The notes under the pieces are model-generated. The model had not been told where the DNA came from, did no database searches, and saw only the letters and a program-made list of their open reading frames with translations. Positions 62,655 to 64,000 of a DNA stretch of 64,000 nt are shown here, in pieces. The stretch's first letter is position 1. Every line of letters starts with the position of its first letter. The stretch comes from Macrostomum lignano (Eukaryota), in NCBI GenBank assembly GCA_002269645.1, contig NIVC01002255.1, positions 124,001-188,000 of the forward strand, in the 5' to 3' direction. The translations under genes and the position numbers were made by a program.

Positions 62655-63135
62655 TTCAGCTTTCACGGAGTGAGATTCAGCCTTGATGGAGTGAGATTCA
62701 GCCTTGATGGAGTGAGATTCAGCTTTCACGAAGTGAGATTCAGCCTTGATGGAGTGAGATTCAGCTTTCACGCTGTGAGATTCAGCCTTGATGGAGTGAG
62801 ATTCAGCTTTCACGAAGTGAGATTCAGCCTTGATGGAGTGAGATTCAGCCTTGATGGAGTGAGATTCAGCTTTCATGGAGTGAGATTCAGCTTTCACGGA
62901 GTGAGATTCAGCCTTGATGGAGTGAGATTCAGCTTTCATGGAGTGAGATTCAGCTTTCACGGAGTGAGATTCAGCTTTTATGGAGTGATATTCAGCTTTC
63001 ACAGAGTGAGATTCAGCTTTCACGGAGTGAGATTCAGCTTTCACGGAGTGAGATTCAGCCTTAATGGAGTGAGACTCAGCTTTCACGGAGTGAGACTCAG
63101 CTTTCACGGAGTGGGATTCAGCCTTGATGGAGTGA
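62655..63135. repeat. 21-bp minisatellite, about 23 copies
   Basis: Units ggagtgagattcagctttcac and ggagtgagattcagccttgat. Confidence 0.95.
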
Positions 63136-64000
63136 GAATGGAGTGTTAGTTATCAAAGCGAAGAAAAACGCTCTGCCAAGTAATGGCGCTTTGCAACGCG
63201 CTGCTCAGAACTGCAGGTAGGCAGATGTTGATGAGCCGCCACTCTCTGCAATTTTGGGGCTCAGCTGTGCCGGTGACTGTAATTGTCGCGAAAATCTCTT
63301 GTGACCCTGACAAGTCTTTGTTGGCAAGTCATATTTTATAAAAATGTGTTGTAGGAATAACAGATTCCATTCGAATGAAAACGGATTTCGTGCTTATAGT
63401 ACATAGCTAATACTTTAAGTAAAATTTTCACATCAAACAAACTCGGAGACTCTTTAAGACGAGAAAATCGAAGCAAAGTAAAAAATTGATAAAAAAAGGT
63501 GCAGCAAACTGAGTTACTGAGGGAAGGAGCCGGTTCTGTTATATAGAAAAAATGAAGGTTGCGTACATCGAAGGCAGAAAAACGATTGCGAAAAGACAAA
63601 TTTGATCAAACGACAAAGTCGCGACAACCAAATACGCTCGTAACAAAATCGATATTCTATGAAACTGCTGTGCTGAAGCCATGAGAAAAATAAAGGGCTG
63701 TGCTTTGAGAGTGCGTCAGAATTAAAAGCCAGAATTTTGTGGACCTCGCAAATTTACTGTACTCGTACGAAATGTGCACTGGCTTCATCTGAAAAAATGG
63801 TCGAATACTTGGAAACACAAACTTCGCCAAACGTGAACCTGTGAGGTGACCTGTTAAGTAACAAAACTGCTGTGTAGTGGAATAAATAAAACGCATGATA
63901 CTACAACACCGAGCGAAAGTGAAACCGGTGAGCCTATTGGAACGCAACAGAGTTAGTTGTTTCAATTGCAACACACCAGTCAGCCTTCTTTGCCTCTGAC

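Noticed and set aside
62063-63149. KAESHS and VRFSFHG repeat proteins, and the Met/Pro/His-rich ORF
   Set aside because: Minisatellite translations with no start context, splice support or unique domain.

Overview
Eukaryotic (animal) genomic DNA with GT-AG introns, many satellites and transposon debris. The LINE, intron-poor GC3-rich genes and heavy duplication suggest a flatworm such as Macrostomum, but that is an inference from memory and no search was run. In order: (1) 1-3187, minus strand: the degraded virion-building module of a Polinton/Maverick endogenous virus (penton, basic core-like protein, major capsid, adenain protease, packaging ATPase), cut at 3187 by a Ty3/Gypsy gag-pro fragment. 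(2) 5193-14409: two convergent, intronless copies of an unrecognised Ig-like surface protein. They share a near-identical 2.2 kb ectodomain as an inverted repeat but have different signal peptides and C-terminal anchors (GPI-like versus transmembrane plus cytoplasmic tail). (3) 14607-17395: a 2.8 kb foldback element with a TTAA target duplication. (4) 19543-40853: three tandem 3-exon ABCA transporter genes. Their ATPase modules are homogenised, their membrane and extracellular parts are highly diverged, and the middle copy is a chimera inside an 8.03 kb tandem duplication. (5) 41.6-53 kb: a nested LINE/hAT/Gypsy insertion, MITEs and satellites. (6) 54-61 kb: a 4-TM protein, a SINE, RPB10, a 4-exon DEG/ENaC channel and a small type I membrane protein. 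The most interesting signals are the recombination-shaped Ig-like pair and ABCA array, and the fossil virus. Single-base frameshifts and the 8 kb duplication could be long-read or assembly artefacts.
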